Origin: Eledone cirrhosa
Lineage: Eukaryota
Assembly: GCA_964016885.1 (NCBI GenBank)
Contig: OZ024742.1
Span: 331,948,001-332,012,000 of the forward strand
Direction of reading: 5' to 3'
DNA: 64,000 nt
This document shows, piece by piece, positions 40,091 through 54,150 of this stretch; within the stretch, counting starts at the first letter, position 1; each line of letters begins with the position of its first letter. The notes under the pieces were generated by a model. The model had not been told where the DNA came from. It saw only the letters and a list, made by a program, of their open reading frames with translations, and did no database searches. Made by a program: the position numbers and the translations under genes.

Positions 40091-43000
40091 GTATGCCATG
40101 GTTGACGGAGGCTCGGCTCTGTAAGGTATTGTAAATTTTGACCGCTATAACAATTGTAAATTGTTTAAAACTCTAACCAAATTGTAGACAAAAACAACCT
40201 CCTCCTCGTGAGAGGGGTCTTTCTGCCCGTTATTTGGCCCTTCGGGGTTAAATAACCGCTTATTGGGGTTTGTGCCCAATATTTATTTTAAACCCAAAAA
40301 AACATGGCTACGAAAAATAATTTTCACAAGTCACTCCCACTCATTCCGTCTTCTTCCTCAATCGTCACTACAGCAGAGAGAAGATTGTCTCTCCCCTCCC
40401 TTCTCTAAATGTGTCTCTGTCCCTCCCTTCTCTTTCGCAAGCGACGCCAGTAAAGAAAAATAGTTTCCAAAATCACGTGCAAAACATGGAACATTTCTCC
40501 ACGACGACGACAACGACGAAAAAGGTGTGCGGTAAATACGAAAAGCCATTTCATTCATCTGACGTCATGAAAAATAGCAGTAGCAGCCGTAATAACAGCA
40601 ATAACAGCAACAGTGACAAGGAAAACAACAGTAGCAGCCGCAACAGCATCAGCAGCAGCATAAACAACAACAGCATTAGCAGCAACCGCAACAACAAAAG
40701 CAGCAGCAGCAACAACAACAACAACAACTACAGCAACAGCGGCGCCGGCAGTAGTCGTAGTACCTGCAGCAACAACAAAAGTAACAGCAGATCTGACAAC
40801 ACCAACAACAACAACAACAGCAGCAAAGAAAAACCAATCTCGTTTGCAGGTATCGCAAAGAACCTGGAAACCATCCTCATAACAAATGAGGAATTACAGG
40901 AAGGGAAGAAGATGGTGACGAAAACCGGACACCGTGCAATCTGAAAGGCAGCCGAAACATTTTTCGAAAGCCAACAGCACTGTACGGTCACGTACCGTAC
41001 AGTAAGCACAACATTCTGTAGGGTTGAAAGAGCCACAGAGGCTCAAATACAAAAAAGAATTAGGGTCTGTGTGGCAGCGGAAAACGCATATCACCCGAGG
41101 CAAGTAATATGCCACCGTAGACGTGCTTTTTGCCACACCGAAGGAGGCAAAGGCTCAATCCTTAGTGACCCTAAGGAGCGAGAAAATGGTGTTGGTGCCC
41201 TGCTACTGCGGGCAAAAAATTGTGAGGGTCAAACTGACCCCCCCCCCGGGATGGCCCCTTCTTGGCTGGCCGCGTCTGTCCTCGTCGGAAGCTAGGACAA
41301 AACAACTGTACTGCAAGTAGAGAAAAAAGTAAGAGAAGATTGGGTCGGCACCTCCATTGAGATGTTAATCCAAACCAACCAGGAATGCATCGAAGCTATC
41401 CCGGATGTGATAGACTTCGATAACAGCACTCAACTGCCCATAAATGTTGAGGGCAAACGCCCGAAATGCTTTCGCTGTTGATCGAAGACCCTGAGAAAGG
41501 AGAAAAAGCGCCCTCCTTCCGTAACCGGCTTCACTGCTACCAGCAACAGGACAAGCGGCAACCAGGAACGATAGGTCCGTGGCACCCATACCCACGCCAC
41601 GGAAATCAAGAACAGCAGCAGCGGTGGAAGTATTAACAACAACAACAGTAATACCAAATGCAGCTGCAACAGAGACTCCACTGCAAACATCACCAACAAC
41701 AACAAGTGAAAGAGTGGAGCTGGTACCCCTCCCCTCCCTTACAGAATCGGACATGGAGTATGACGTGGGAGAGGTATGGCAAAAGGTCGTAAGAAGACAC
41801 AAACGCAGAAGCAGCGCATCGACGCCTTCCAAAAGGGAGGACAGAAATGAAAAAAGGGTAAAGGCTATTGCAAAGAGACTCACAGCAGCAACACCACTAA
41901 CACCATCACCACCCACAATAGCACCACCATCAGCACCGGCGACAACTCCACCACCAACAACAACAACACCTTCAACACCACCACCACATGCACCAACATT
42001 GCAAACACAACGACAAAACACACACACCCAGCAACAACGACAATAAATTAGCAGAACAACACCCCCCGCCCCAGAAAAACAAATGCGCGGCAATAAATAC
42101 ACACAACAAGAAACTAATGACTTACATAATTGAACACACAGACATTTCACAGCACGACTACATAATACCAGCACCAATCAAAACGCCAACGAACATAAGA
42201 ATGGTAAAAATAGCACAGAAACAATACAGAAACATTAAAACGAAATTCCCCAACGCAGTTGGTGATTTCAGAGACCTAGGAGGGACTCTCAACCGGAGAG
42301 TATATTCGGACATACTCATAGAAGAGCCGACGAACAACCGAAGGGACGATTCATCGGTCCCTTCACCAGACGATCAAGTGAAAAGGGATGGAGAAACCAT
42401 CCTTCCTCTAAGAAAAGTACGGTAAGTGGTCTTTCCCATCTTTTCCACTCCATTTTAAACATGACCTCACTCAGAATAGGCAGCATAAATGCGCGTGGCT
42501 TGGGGTCGTCATGGAAGCAGGATCACCTGCTCAACGACCTCAGGTCACTAAACATAGATGTAGTGGCCACCAGCGAGACCAGAATCTCCGAAGCACGGGC
42601 CTTCGCACCGATCTTCGGCGGCTACGATGTGTAGGCATCTCCCAGCCGTCCTGGATCGGGGGGAGGTTTGCTGTGCTTTTACGGAGAGGTTTGGATCTCG
42701 CCATACGGGCCATCTTGCTGGACCCAGAGGGTTAGTTGGTTGTGCTGGACGTGACCAGCGGAGACGGGCAAGCTTTCAGGCTAGTGGCCGTCTATTCCCC
42801 GCCAGGAGCAGGGCGGCCTGATTTCTTCCGGCGTCTAGAGATCTTTCTTGGAACGTCCCGCTCTTTAGTGTTAGTGGGCGACTGGAACGGGATCTTAATT
42901 CACGCTGGGACTGTGTAGGATTAGCGGATAGGGGTGGAGGGTGCAAGAGCCTCACCAACCTGCTCAGGCGTTTTGAACTGTCTGACAGGTACCGATTTGA

Positions 43001-46000
43001 TTTCCCGAATGTGCCAATGTGGACTTGGCCAAATCGCATAGCGTCATCCAGATCATATCTAGATAGAGTATTTTGTAGAGAAATAGATAGGTCTAGCATA
43101 GGCTTCCACAATTCAAGATAGTCAGCTACACGGACCAGAAATTCGTGATCTGTGTGCTTGACTTAGATAGGCTTCATAGACGAGGACCCGGCTACTGGAA
43201 GCTAAACGCGTCCTTACCAGCGCGCAAGGCCTACAGAGACCGGATTAGAAAACTAGTTAAGCGGGCGTTGGTGGGGGCCACCGTCAACAACAAGTGGTGG
43301 TTTGCTCTGAAAAGAGCGATTAGAATAGAATCCGTTAGGTGTAGTAAGGCTTTAGCAATAGAGAAAAATAGAGCAGAGGGAGAACTAGTTAGAAAATTAG
43401 ACGAAGCGCTTAGCAAAGGCATCGCGACCGACGTGCTTGCGGCGATATTGGCCCTTGACAAATTATTCAATGCAAAGCACGAAGGCTGCGTTGTCAGAGA
43501 TAGGGTGCGTGCTCTCAGACACGAGTGGACGAAAACCGTTCAATGGGCCGGAGTGGCGGAGGCGCGTCGTGGCAACACAGCCACGATCCTGTCTTTGCTG
43601 GACCACGACGGACGCATGCTACTCGATCCCGGGCAAATGTGTGAAGCTTTGCAGCGACACTTCGCTCAGCAGTTCGGGGGCAGTGGTGGGCCGGGTCGAG
43701 GGATGGAATTTAGTGTCTACCTCGACGGACTGCCGCGGCTCTCGGCCACTGAGGCGGAGTGTTGCGAAAAGCCGATAACAGCCGCTGAAGTACGGGAGGC
43801 AATGACTGGCTGCACAAGGGGTAAATCGCCTGGTTTTGATGGTCTGCCCTCTGAACTTTACGTACAGATGCCAGACTTGTTCGGAGGCCTCTTGGCGGAC
43901 GTCTACTGCAACTGGCAACAGAACGGGAGAACTCCCAGCCCTGTGCGCCGAGGAGCGGTGGTACTGCTGAGAAAGGATCCGAACAAAGGGGATAACATAG
44001 ATAATTTCAGGCACATAACTCTGCTAAACACAGAATTCAAGATTTTGGCCAAGGCGCTAGCAAAGATGTTGGTGCTTGTCGTTGGTGGTCTGGTGGGAGA
44101 GTTGCAGACATGCGCCATTCCCGACAGATCCATCCACGATAACCTCCACCTCGTGCGATACATCATAGAAAGGGTTGCTAGGGAACCTGGCACGGGTGGG
44201 TCCTTGATCAATTTAGATCAGTAGAAAGCTTTCGATATGGTCGACCATCGTTACCTAGCGGCAGTCCTGAGGGAGGCTGGCTTTGGGCCCGTCTTCAGAG
44301 GCTGGATCGCTGCCATGCACAGCGACATCTGCTCTGAGGTGAGAGTGAACGGTCACCTTTCGGAACCGTTCAACATCATGCGCTCGGTCCGACAAGGATG
44401 CCCCTCTCGTCCCTCTTGTACGTATTGACTCTCAAGCCATTACTGCACAAACTGGAGACGTTGATGGGGGTTCCGCGCGAACTACGATGCGGAAGATCCG
44501 TGTCAGCATTTGCGGACGATGTCACCGTAGTGGTGTCGAACGCCAAACACATCGAGGCGATCGGCACTACACTAAGAGAATACGAAGCGGTGACAGGAGC
44601 AATGATCAACCAGGAAATGTCAGTGGGCCTGCAGACCGACACCTGGAGAGGCAGGTCCATGCCGTCCAACAGCGTCGTCGGACGCTGTACGGACGGACCG
44701 GTTAAATTGCTAGGGGTCTAGTTCGGTCCCGACCTCCAGACGAACAAAAACTGGGACGAGGTGACGAGCAGGGTGGCTTCTCTCACCCATAAATGGGCGG
44801 AGAGGAAGCTATCCCTGAAAGGTCGAGCGGAGGTGGCGAATGCGTACATCGCGTCCGTCATCTACTACCGGCTGCCCGTCTTACTTTGTCCTAAGCCACG
44901 CCTGACTGCGCTGGAGCGTTCGCTCTTTCGCTTTTTGTGGAAGGGACGCGCTCCGAAGATCAGGCGGTCCATCTGCTGTCAACACCCGCTACGTGGAGGG
45001 CTGGACATGTCGTGGATGGTAATGCGCAGACACGGGCTCGGGCTACGACATCTCCACCTCTTCCTCGACGGTGATAAGGTGTGGTCACCTTTTGCTAGAC
45101 GCGTCTTTCCCCAGCTCGTCTCCTTGACGGAGCTGCCGTCCTGGGTCAAGCGAAAACCGAGAGGGAGCGTTTGCAGACTCGAATGTCTTCAGGTGCTCAC
45201 AGCCCTCGACCAGTCGGGATATGTGATCGGTGGGAACTTCACCTTGGCGTTCTATAGAAGATTAGTGGAGGGGAAGAACGACGACATACTTGGGGAAACT
45301 CTAGGCGTCGACGAAAATCAACTAGCCAATCTCTTCGGAAGAATTTTCGGGCCGGGGCCTATAGACAACTTCCAGAAATCCCTGGCCAGGCAGTGATACC
45401 GAGGAGCTTTGCCAGTTCGGGATAAACTCTACAGGCATGGAGGTGCCGTCAGCCGGGCAGGTCTGAGATGCGCGCAGGACGACGAAACCGTCCTGCACGA
45501 ACTCGTCCAGTGTCCGAGCATTGCTGACTTGTGGGTTTATGTCGAACACCTGCTGTCACATGTAGGACTGATCCGGCTATCAGCTGAGTCCATCGTGAGG
45601 ATTGCCCCGCCCTCTTCCTTTAGCCGGTAAGGGCAGGCAGTTTTTATCTGTCTGGTGGCCATGGCGAAAGAGATAGTATGGTAGACACGTTTGAAAGGGC
45701 TGAAGACGAGCACATACCTCTTCGGTGATGCCCTCATTAACCTTTTCAAATTTCATTTGAAAAGGAATATCAGTGTAGAGAGGGAAGTGCTCCCTTCCCA
45801 GAATTTTGTTGAAAGATAGGTGAGAGAAGCAAAAATGGCCCGAGTGAATGGGCCTACTCTGAGTACGTATCTGTAAATTAAAGGTGGAAAACTGGGAGAG
45901 GGCACTTGCCTTGGTGGTCAGGGTCACTGCGGCCTTTTACTGGGCTTTCTCCACAAATGTCCCTCGGAAGTCTCCCCCCTATTGGGGAATTTTTTCATTA

Positions 46001-46120
46001 TTTTTTGTTACATCCTCTGTTTTTTTTTTACACGCAGAAATGCCCATTTGTACCGTCCTGTATTTCCTGTACTGTCCTTAATGTCTACTTCATATAAACC
46101 CTTGTGGTTAATAAAGAAAA
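40091..46120 (+). mobile_element. Full-length (6.0 kb) Tx1/L1-clade LINE, copy 2, inactivated
   Basis: 5'UTR, ORF1 40411-42424, ORF2 42461-~45876, 3'UTR with AATAAA and a short A tail; (TAT)n on both sides. Confidence 0.93.
42461..45876 (+). pseudogene. ORF2: APE endonuclease, reverse transcriptase, C-terminal zinc finger
   Basis: VGDWN, GYWKLN, KSPGFDGLP, FRHITLLNTEFKILAK, LINLDQ*KAFD, VRQGCP, AFADDV, RC...ETVLHELVQCP; multiple stops and frameshifts. Confidence 0.9.
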
Positions 46121-46151
<31 letters not shown>

Positions 46152-46640
46152 GTTGTTATTATTATTATTATTATAGGAATATCGACAGTGTGGGAAGTTA
46201 CGAACTAGAATAGCTGAGTGTAGTAGGAACTTCATTATAACCGATGGCAAACGATTTTTACAGGAATTGCATATGGTTTCACGCCTGACTTGAAACGTAT
46301 TATTTCATGTGAAAAATTACTATAAAAGTGGAAATTTCAGCTTGAATTTCACCATAGTTTTCTCCGTTCAATGTACTATTAACAGTCGTACCAGAAGCAA
46401 TAATTTTCCTCTTCATCTTTTCAACAATGGACCCATTATTCCCTCACACATTTAGCAGATCTGCTGATAAATTTGTGAGAAACGGCAACGGAAGAATGTA
46501 ACCTAGATTCTTTGTGTGAATACAATGCTGACAACTATGATTGTAAAATGTTATTAAACATGGGTTCGTGTGAAAAGAAAGTGTAGAAGTAATTTTTAAA
46601 AAAAGGTGAATATATTATAAAATTATTGATTCAATATTTC

Positions 46641-46948
<308 letters not shown>

Positions 46949-47947
46949 ATTATATATATATATATATAACTCGCACATACACATATATATATATATATCT
47001 GTGTGTGTGTATATGTGATTTTGTGTGTATTTATGTGTAAATGAATACACGTATGTATTGTTTAACTTATGTATATTTATATGTCTGTGTGTTAGTAAGT
47101 GTATGTAGTAAGTGCAAATACCTGTCAGTGATTGGAGTTAGGTTTCTAAATCAGAACGTTACATCAGAAATCGTATTCCTTTTAATGCGAAGAAAATGGT
47201 AATATTCTTGTAAATGAAGTTATCCAAAGTCTGTGTGTGTATTCCAAGTTTCAACTATTTTGATTTTTCTTACTTGGTGTGTCTTTCATTTTCGGCGAAT
47301 GACAATAGACAACATATTTATATTTAAAGGTTGACACCATCTAGGCAGCAAAATTATGATGAATGACGTGTAGCAAAGGCAATAGAGTAGTTAGCGGTGG
47401 CCTGTCCTACATATATTTTCGTAAATTGCCTAGACATATGCATCTATGAGATCACATATGTGTTTGAGTATGTCTGTTCGTGTGATGTGGGGATATGTTT
47501 AGTGATACAAACTAGAGAATTATACAAATTTCTCATTTACAAACAGTTGATAATACATTCAAATAAGAATTGCATTTCCCACCACCTTTGTTCATTCAGA
47601 CAAATAAATGAGAGCGGGAGCTTACATTAGCATACGGAGAATGAAGTATTAGTTGGTCTTGAATATTTAATATTGTTTTAGTGGGCCGTGCCCTAGCAGC
47701 TTCAGTTTTTTCTAGGACTTAATACCTTTTCTTTGTTTCCTTTTCGTAACCGTCACCATTAAACTTGTGATTTGGGGCCCTAGATTTCTGTTTCCTACAA
47801 GAAAGCTTGTGGAGCTACCTCTACGATGTGGGATGGTATGTGCAGCAGGCTCCGGTTGCTCTTATCTAGGGCAATGTTTTTCCGCGATTCATCAGAGATA
47901 TACCATCCCTCCAAGTATATATTCTGGCACCATCACCATCCTCACGT

Positions 47948-48300
47948 CTTCTTCTTCTCCTTCTTCTTCTTCTTCTTCTTCTTCTTCTTCTTCTTCTTCT
48001 TCTTCTTCTTCTTCTTCTTCTTCTTCTTCTTCTTCTTCTTCTTCTTCTTCTTCTTCTTCTTCTTCTTCTTCTTCTTCATGGGAGGGTCATGAGTGAAATG
48101 TCATAATGCAAGTCTTCCAGAGGATTTTATCTGAGGTAACCGTCTCCAACTGATATGGCTGGATCCCCAAACGAGTTCAGCCCAGCTCGTGGATGTTATT
48201 TAAACATCTTGCCTGGGATCAACCCCTGGGTCTGCTGCCGGTTGATTGTACCGGAAAATTCAGTCCAACGGGACTTTCCTGATAAATTCTGACCACTTGT
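47948..48300 (-). mobile_element. RTE-like LINE 3' remnant with a (GAA)n tail
   Basis: Minus strand reads GSRPRG...ARCLNNIHELG, resembling the G.R.RGRP..RW motif, and runs into (TTC)n. Confidence 0.45.
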
Positions 48301-49645
48301 TTATAGTAGCGGGGGTGGGATCTTTGTATTCCAAAAAGAAGCATCTCTCCCAGGAACGACTGCCTTGGCTCCGATCCACGAAACATATCGAGTAACGTAA
48401 CTTCTTAAAGCCTTCTGATGAACCTCATTTTGGCCGCTTGTATTCACATTCGTATTTACTCCGTAATTACAAAAATCATGACCATAAATAATGGTTGGCA
48501 CCTAATTGATTGAAAAGTTTGGCTTTCATACCTATCGTTCTTCTGATAATTGTTGATACTGCTACATTACTGCATTACTTAACCCGTTTCTGTAATTCTT
48601 GCATTTATTACAATCGATAACTAAACAGATTAGGACCACATCTAACCCTGAAACACAGAATGAATCAAAATGCTTTTACACAGAATAGATCGACTGTTTC
48701 ATAATTGTTTTCATTGTGGAGGCTACTAGAAGGCATGAGATCAAAGAACGCAAAAGCTCTACACACTTTCAGTGACTTCAAAAAGGCTTTGGACTCCATC
48801 CAGAGAAGAAAACTTATATCAAGCGACTATTTGGGGAGACAATTCACGGGAGACTTATGAGAGGAATACCGGCTCGAAAGTTCATCGATCAACTCTCAGA
48901 TGGGAGCATTTGCTAGATGCAATAGAAACTCGTGAATTGTGGATAGACCTTTTCAGGAATGTTCGACTGTTGTTGCAATGATGATGCTAGATATCGAGTG
49001 TAAAATCACTTATTTCATCTCTTATAATATTTTGTAAGTCAGACCTTTATACAGAGCTTTAGAAATTTATGATATACTCCAACTGTATAGCTATGGATAT
49101 ACTGTACTCGAAATTCGGCATTAAAGAAAGCAATATTTGAAACATGAATGATAATGAATTATGAGTTATCATCTAAATTCGTTTAGTCTGAGTAAATGAA
49201 TTAGGACTCTCCACTTTCAGAAGAATTATGACATCGTTCAATAATGTAGTTTCTGCAGTTGGGAAAATGGTGCTATTCTGTTAGTGAAAAAGTCACTCTT
49301 GCCAAACTACTGCCAAACTGAAACTTATTGTTAAATGTTAAATGGAACACTCGCCTATGTAAGGCTCAGACACTTGCAAACCAAGGCGTTTTCGTCGCAA
49401 TCAACGTAGATCCAACACACTCATGCAGACTTTGCAGATATAAATAAATGACATTCAGAGAGATTATAGCCGATCATTTCGAATGACAGTGTGTGACGCG
49501 TATATACTCCCGTCACTAGAACAAATGAATCATATGTACTTGAAAAATGTATTAGATGTTATGATTTTCATTATATATATATATATATATATATTTGTAT
49601 ATATAGGCTTTTACCTATAAATAGATTTTTATTGTATCCATATTG

Positions 49646-49677
<32 letters not shown>

Positions 49678-49680
<3 letters not shown>

Positions 49681-49884
49681 ACGAAGGAAATGTGGTAAGG
49701 AACCAGGTGGACCATAACACACCAAAGTACTCAATACTTGGGGTAGTAGAGTGGATAATAGGAACCAGTAAGACCCCGACGGCTGAGCTCAAGCCGTTTC
49801 GACGGCTAATTCTGGACTAATTTAGTCCAGAATTAGCCGTCGAAACGGCTTGAGCTCAGCCGTCGTGGTCTTACTGGTTCCTAT
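49678..49884 (-). mobile_element. Non-coding fold-back element, copy C (palindrome 49758-49884 plus tail)
   Basis: 63-bp arms with one mismatch, centred on 49821; near-identical to copy B; inside (AT)n. Confidence 0.8.
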
Positions 49885-49892
49885 ATATATTT

Positions 49893-50042
49893 ATATATAT
49901 ATAAATCAATATGGATACAGTCAAAATCTGTTTAAACCATTATCCACTACATGACTCGATGCTTGGGGTAGTGGAGTATGGTTATATGAAAGACGCGGAA
50001 CTCCGACAGCTGAAGCCTTGCCGTTTCAGCAGCTAGTTCCAA
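49893..50042 (-). mobile_element. Diverged relative (copy D) without fold-back
   Basis: Reverse complement reads ctagctgct-GAAA-CGGC-aaggcttca-GCTG-TC-ggagtt...ccactacccccaagcatcgagt. Its 3' end is inverted relative to 49620-49655. Confidence 0.6.
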
Positions 50043-50055
50043 TATACATACATAC

Positions 50056-50102
<47 letters not shown>

Positions 50103-50253
50103 AGGATATATGTTCCTTCACGCACAAGGCGCTAAGGGACGCATGTATTGTCCAACCAAATGCCGAAACCGATCGATAAAGGTAACTATAGTAGGTAAAG
50201 TCAATTTTTTAAAATTTATTTTGAAACTTTTTCATTATTTGCTAAACCTTGTT

Positions 50254-50312
<59 letters not shown>

Positions 50313-50424
50313 TGTACAGCATTTACTTCACCATGCCGAGAACAAATGTTACACCTTATTAGGATCCTGAGTCCCATGGACTGAGTGCTCTACTACTACG
50401 GATATAATCCACCAGTATTCTAAA

Positions 50425-50498
<74 letters not shown>

Positions 50499-50589
50499 AT
50501 AATAATAAATTTGAAGACTAAAATCCAAAGAGGGCTCCATAAGGATAAATATATATCAAATATATAAGAACCGTAGAGCAAATATTTAT

Positions 50590-50716
50590 AAAAATAACAG
50601 ATTAAAGTTTAAGCAAAGAATCGGTGCTTTCACCCTTAACGGGATCTTCTGAAACAGAAGATCCCGTTAAGGGTGAAAGCACCGATTCTTTGCTTAAACT
50701 TTAATCTGTTATTTTT
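50590..50716. repeat. Perfect 62-bp-arm hairpin palindrome (loop AAA)
   Basis: ...cccttaacgggatcttctg-aaa-cagaagatcccgttaaggg...; the right end abuts T/(AT)n. Confidence 0.9.
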
Positions 50717-50718
50717 TT

Positions 50719-50744
<26 letters not shown>

Positions 50745-50750
<6 letters not shown>

Positions 50751-51160
50751 CCTTGAGTCTCAGTCATGGATGTTACTTAACTGGAAAGTTTGTTGAAATG
50801 AATATCAAGCCACAACCTGCAGGACGGTTCTTGCTGTTCCCAGCAAGCATGCCTTTTTTAACCATCATTGGAACCTCTTTCAGATAGTACCTAGTGCGTA
50901 TATGACAATCAGGACGACCTTGACTTCATGGCAGTTCCAAATCCTTTTTAACTCCCACTTTAAGTCCTGGTATAAATTAATTTTCTCCCTCCCCTTTTCT
51001 TGCACTCTCGTGTCAAATGGGCATGCTACATCCATAATCAGGCACGATCTTTTTTCCTTGTCCAAAACCACCAGGTCAGGCCTATTGTGTTCTAATTTCT
51101 TGTCCGTCTATATCCTAAAATCCCATAGCACCTGATCGTTTTCTATCCCCGACTCAGGGT
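50745..51160 (-). mobile_element. 3' fragment of the R4/Dong family seen at 60008-63605
   Basis: RPD.VVLDKEKRSCLIMDVACPFD...YQDLKWE; 3'UTR nearly identical to 60012-60082. Confidence 0.85.
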
Positions 51161-51179
51161 TATTATTATTATTGTTATT

Positions 51180-54150
51180 ATTTTTATTTGTTTCATTAGT
51201 GTTTCTGAGATATATGCCGAGTGTCTTCCTGACACCTAGTGTAAATAAATTCACAGTGTGCATTTGGTACACCAGTTAATACAGCACATCGATTATAATT
51301 TTAAAAAAAGTATACATATATACACATGTGCATATGCATATGTAAATACAAGGAGGGATATCAATCTTACACAGATGGTGCTCTCTCAATACGTGTGTAG
51401 TACCAGTCAAAACAATGTTTTCACCTCGTGCAGAGAGGGTAAACCAGGAATCATTCGCAAATATTGTTCTGTTCCTTTCTTGTTCATTCCCAGTCCCCCC
51501 ACAATCACTGGTATTGTAACGGCCTTGAGGTGCCACATTTTCTCAATTTCAATAAGCAGATCTTTATATTTTCGTATCTTGTCAAATTCTTTTGCCGCGA
51601 TATTGTGATCACATGGGATGCTCATATCTATAAACAAACAGACCTTGTTATGTTGATCTTTTATAATGAAGTCAGGTCTATTTGCTTTTATGGTCCTGTC
51701 ATTATTTACAGGAAAGTCCCAGAGAATTGTTACTTTTTCTCCTTCAGTTACAGCCTCCGGGTGAGGATTGTACCACTTGTCTTCAGCTTTGATTTTGTAA
51801 TGCCGACATATTACTCAGTGCCGATATTGGCCAGCTCTGTCATGTCTATATCTGTATTCTACTGGTGCTAAAACTTTACATCCAGAGACTAAGTGATTTA
51901 CTGTTTCAACATCAGCATTGCAGAATCGGCACTTTGGGTTTATTCCGTTTCTCATCACATTGGCCTGGTAATTACGAGTCAATAAGCTTTGATCTTGGGC
52001 AGCTAAGATGAAGCCTTCACTCACCGCCTTTAGCTCTGAACTACGTAACCACTGATGGGTGTGCTTTGGGTTAACATCAGCTAGTTTGCTTCGGGCCACA
52101 TATTTGCCATGCAGAGGTTTCTGCTCTCAATTTGATGCTAATTGTCCTTGCCCTTTTGCCAGTGATTTATTATGTGTGTAGCAGCATCAGTTGCAACAGT
52201 TTCTTTAGTCTGTCCAGCCTGTCAAGCATGAGATCAGGCAAATATTTTTTCTCTCCTTCAAGATAGAATGAATCTTTTTACTTCTCTCATGCTTTTCAAC
52301 AAGTTTCAGCATACAGTCGTTAGATTTTTCAAGGTATTTGGCCAGTCCAATGATGGTGGTCTTGTAAGCTAGTTCAAATTGGATGAGGCCACGGCCTCCT
52401 TGCGTTCTAGGAAGGTAAAGACGATCCACATCTGCTTTTGGGTGGTGCATCCTATTACAGGTCAGTAGCTTGCGGACATTGGTGTCGATTCTTTTGATTT
52501 CACTCATATTCCAGTTCAACACACCGAAGCTATAGGTGACAACTGGGACTGTCAAGGAATTTATGGCTAGCACCTTGTTTCGAACGTTTAGTTCTGATCT
52601 CAGAACTGCACGTACTCTCCTGTAACATTATTTCCTTATCCTCTCTTTCATACTTGCATGCTGTATGTCAGAGCCATCATTAATCCCTAAGTATTTATAG
52701 GTTTGTTCCTGCTCAAGTTCCTTTATAATTGTTTCAGCATCCAATTCAACTGAATCTGAGTTGACAAGCTTCCCCTTCTTGAAAGTGGCTTTTGCACACT
52801 TGTCAAGTCCAAACTCCATCCTGATGTCATGGCTAAACGTTTTTACAGTCCGCAAAAGGCCTTCCAGTTCGTCATTATCTCTGTAATATAGCTTCAAATT
52901 ATCCATATAAAATAGTTGGCTTATTTTGTTGTTGTCAATTCTATAACTGTACCCTGTTATATTAAGTTTGAATGTAAGGGGTATTAAAGCTATGCAGAAA
53001 AGCAAGGGTGAAAGTGAGTCAGCCTGGAATAACACACAGTTGATGTTTATATTCCTAGAGCACAGTACCCCAGTGGAATGAGACAATTGGACATTGGTGT
53101 TCCATAATGACATATTGTGTTTCAGGAAGTTTGAGGTCACAGGTGATATTTTGAAGATGTCCAGTGATTTCAGAATCCATGAGTGTGGTATGCTGTCAAA
53201 AGGCTTTTTTATAATCGATCCATGTAGAACTGAGATTTCTGTGTTTATTATGACAGTTCTCAAGGATCATACGATTAATCAAAAGTTGATCTTTGCAACC
53301 TCGTCAGTACCCTTTTTGTTCAATGGGGAAAAGATTGTTCTCCTCCAAAAACACCTATGCTTTTTCCATGAGAATAGAGGTTAATAGTTTATAAGTGGTG
53401 AACAAGCAGATTATGGGCCGATATTTTTTTTTATCTTTGGCTTCGTTGTTCTTTGTTAGAATGTAGGTAATGTCACTTGCTATCCAATCAGGTGTATATT
53501 TTGGGTCTTTCATAATTCCATTAAACAGCTTGACCAATATATTGTGAGTGACCGGGAAAGCCAGAAATTTGGCACCCTGTCTCTACCAGGAGATTTCCAT
53601 TCATGAGATTTATTGAGTGCTCTCCTTAAGTCCACTACAGAGATGTCTTCCCCCGCTTGTTCTTCTAAATTTGTGTAGGAATTTTCCAGGCGACTAATCC
53701 AATCTACATTAGCATGATATGACTTCTCATCACTCCAAATCTTACTCCAGAAGTTTTCAACTTCTATAATAATTGTTTTTCTCTTCCCTACTTCTCTATA
53801 AAATGACTTGGCATTGGATGAGAACAACTTATTTTGCCTGTAGAAGTTGTTTCGCTTCTCGACTCTAAGAATTCGTTGTGCTTTTACTTGAACATTTTGT
53901 TTCAGAGATACTTTTGTTGAAACTATTCCTTCTCTAGAAGACAGTCCATATTTTCTCTTTTGCTTCCTTACCTTCTTGGATCTTATATCATTGCCAGCGG
54001 TTAACTCACTCAATAAAGATATTTCTGCTCTCATTACGTCAATCTCCTTTTCGATTCTGCTCCTCCAAATTGGTTTACCTCGAAGGTTCGACTTTTTTTT
54101 TTTTTTGGTGGTAAACAACTTGTTTCAATTACTTTAGCAGATGCATAAAT
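51180..54150 (-). mobile_element. R4/Dong-clade RLE non-LTR retrotransposon E1 (degenerate, 5'-truncated)
   Basis: KSPGRD, YRPIICL, FQADSLSPLLF, LFYMDNLKLY, FGLDKC, YKYLG, RLYLPR..GGRGL, CRFC...ETVNHLVSGC, IDMSIP.D...K..KY; ends in (TAA)n. Confidence 0.88.

Noticed and set aside
40140-40270. HDV-like ribozyme in the Tx1 5'UTR (CCTCCTCGT resembles loop L3)
   Set aside because: There is no GG for P1.1, no convincing P2, and the putative P1 is not conserved in copy 1.
48700-48990. RTE-like RT words (F.DFKKA.DSI)
   Set aside because: Too fragmentary to delimit as a feature.
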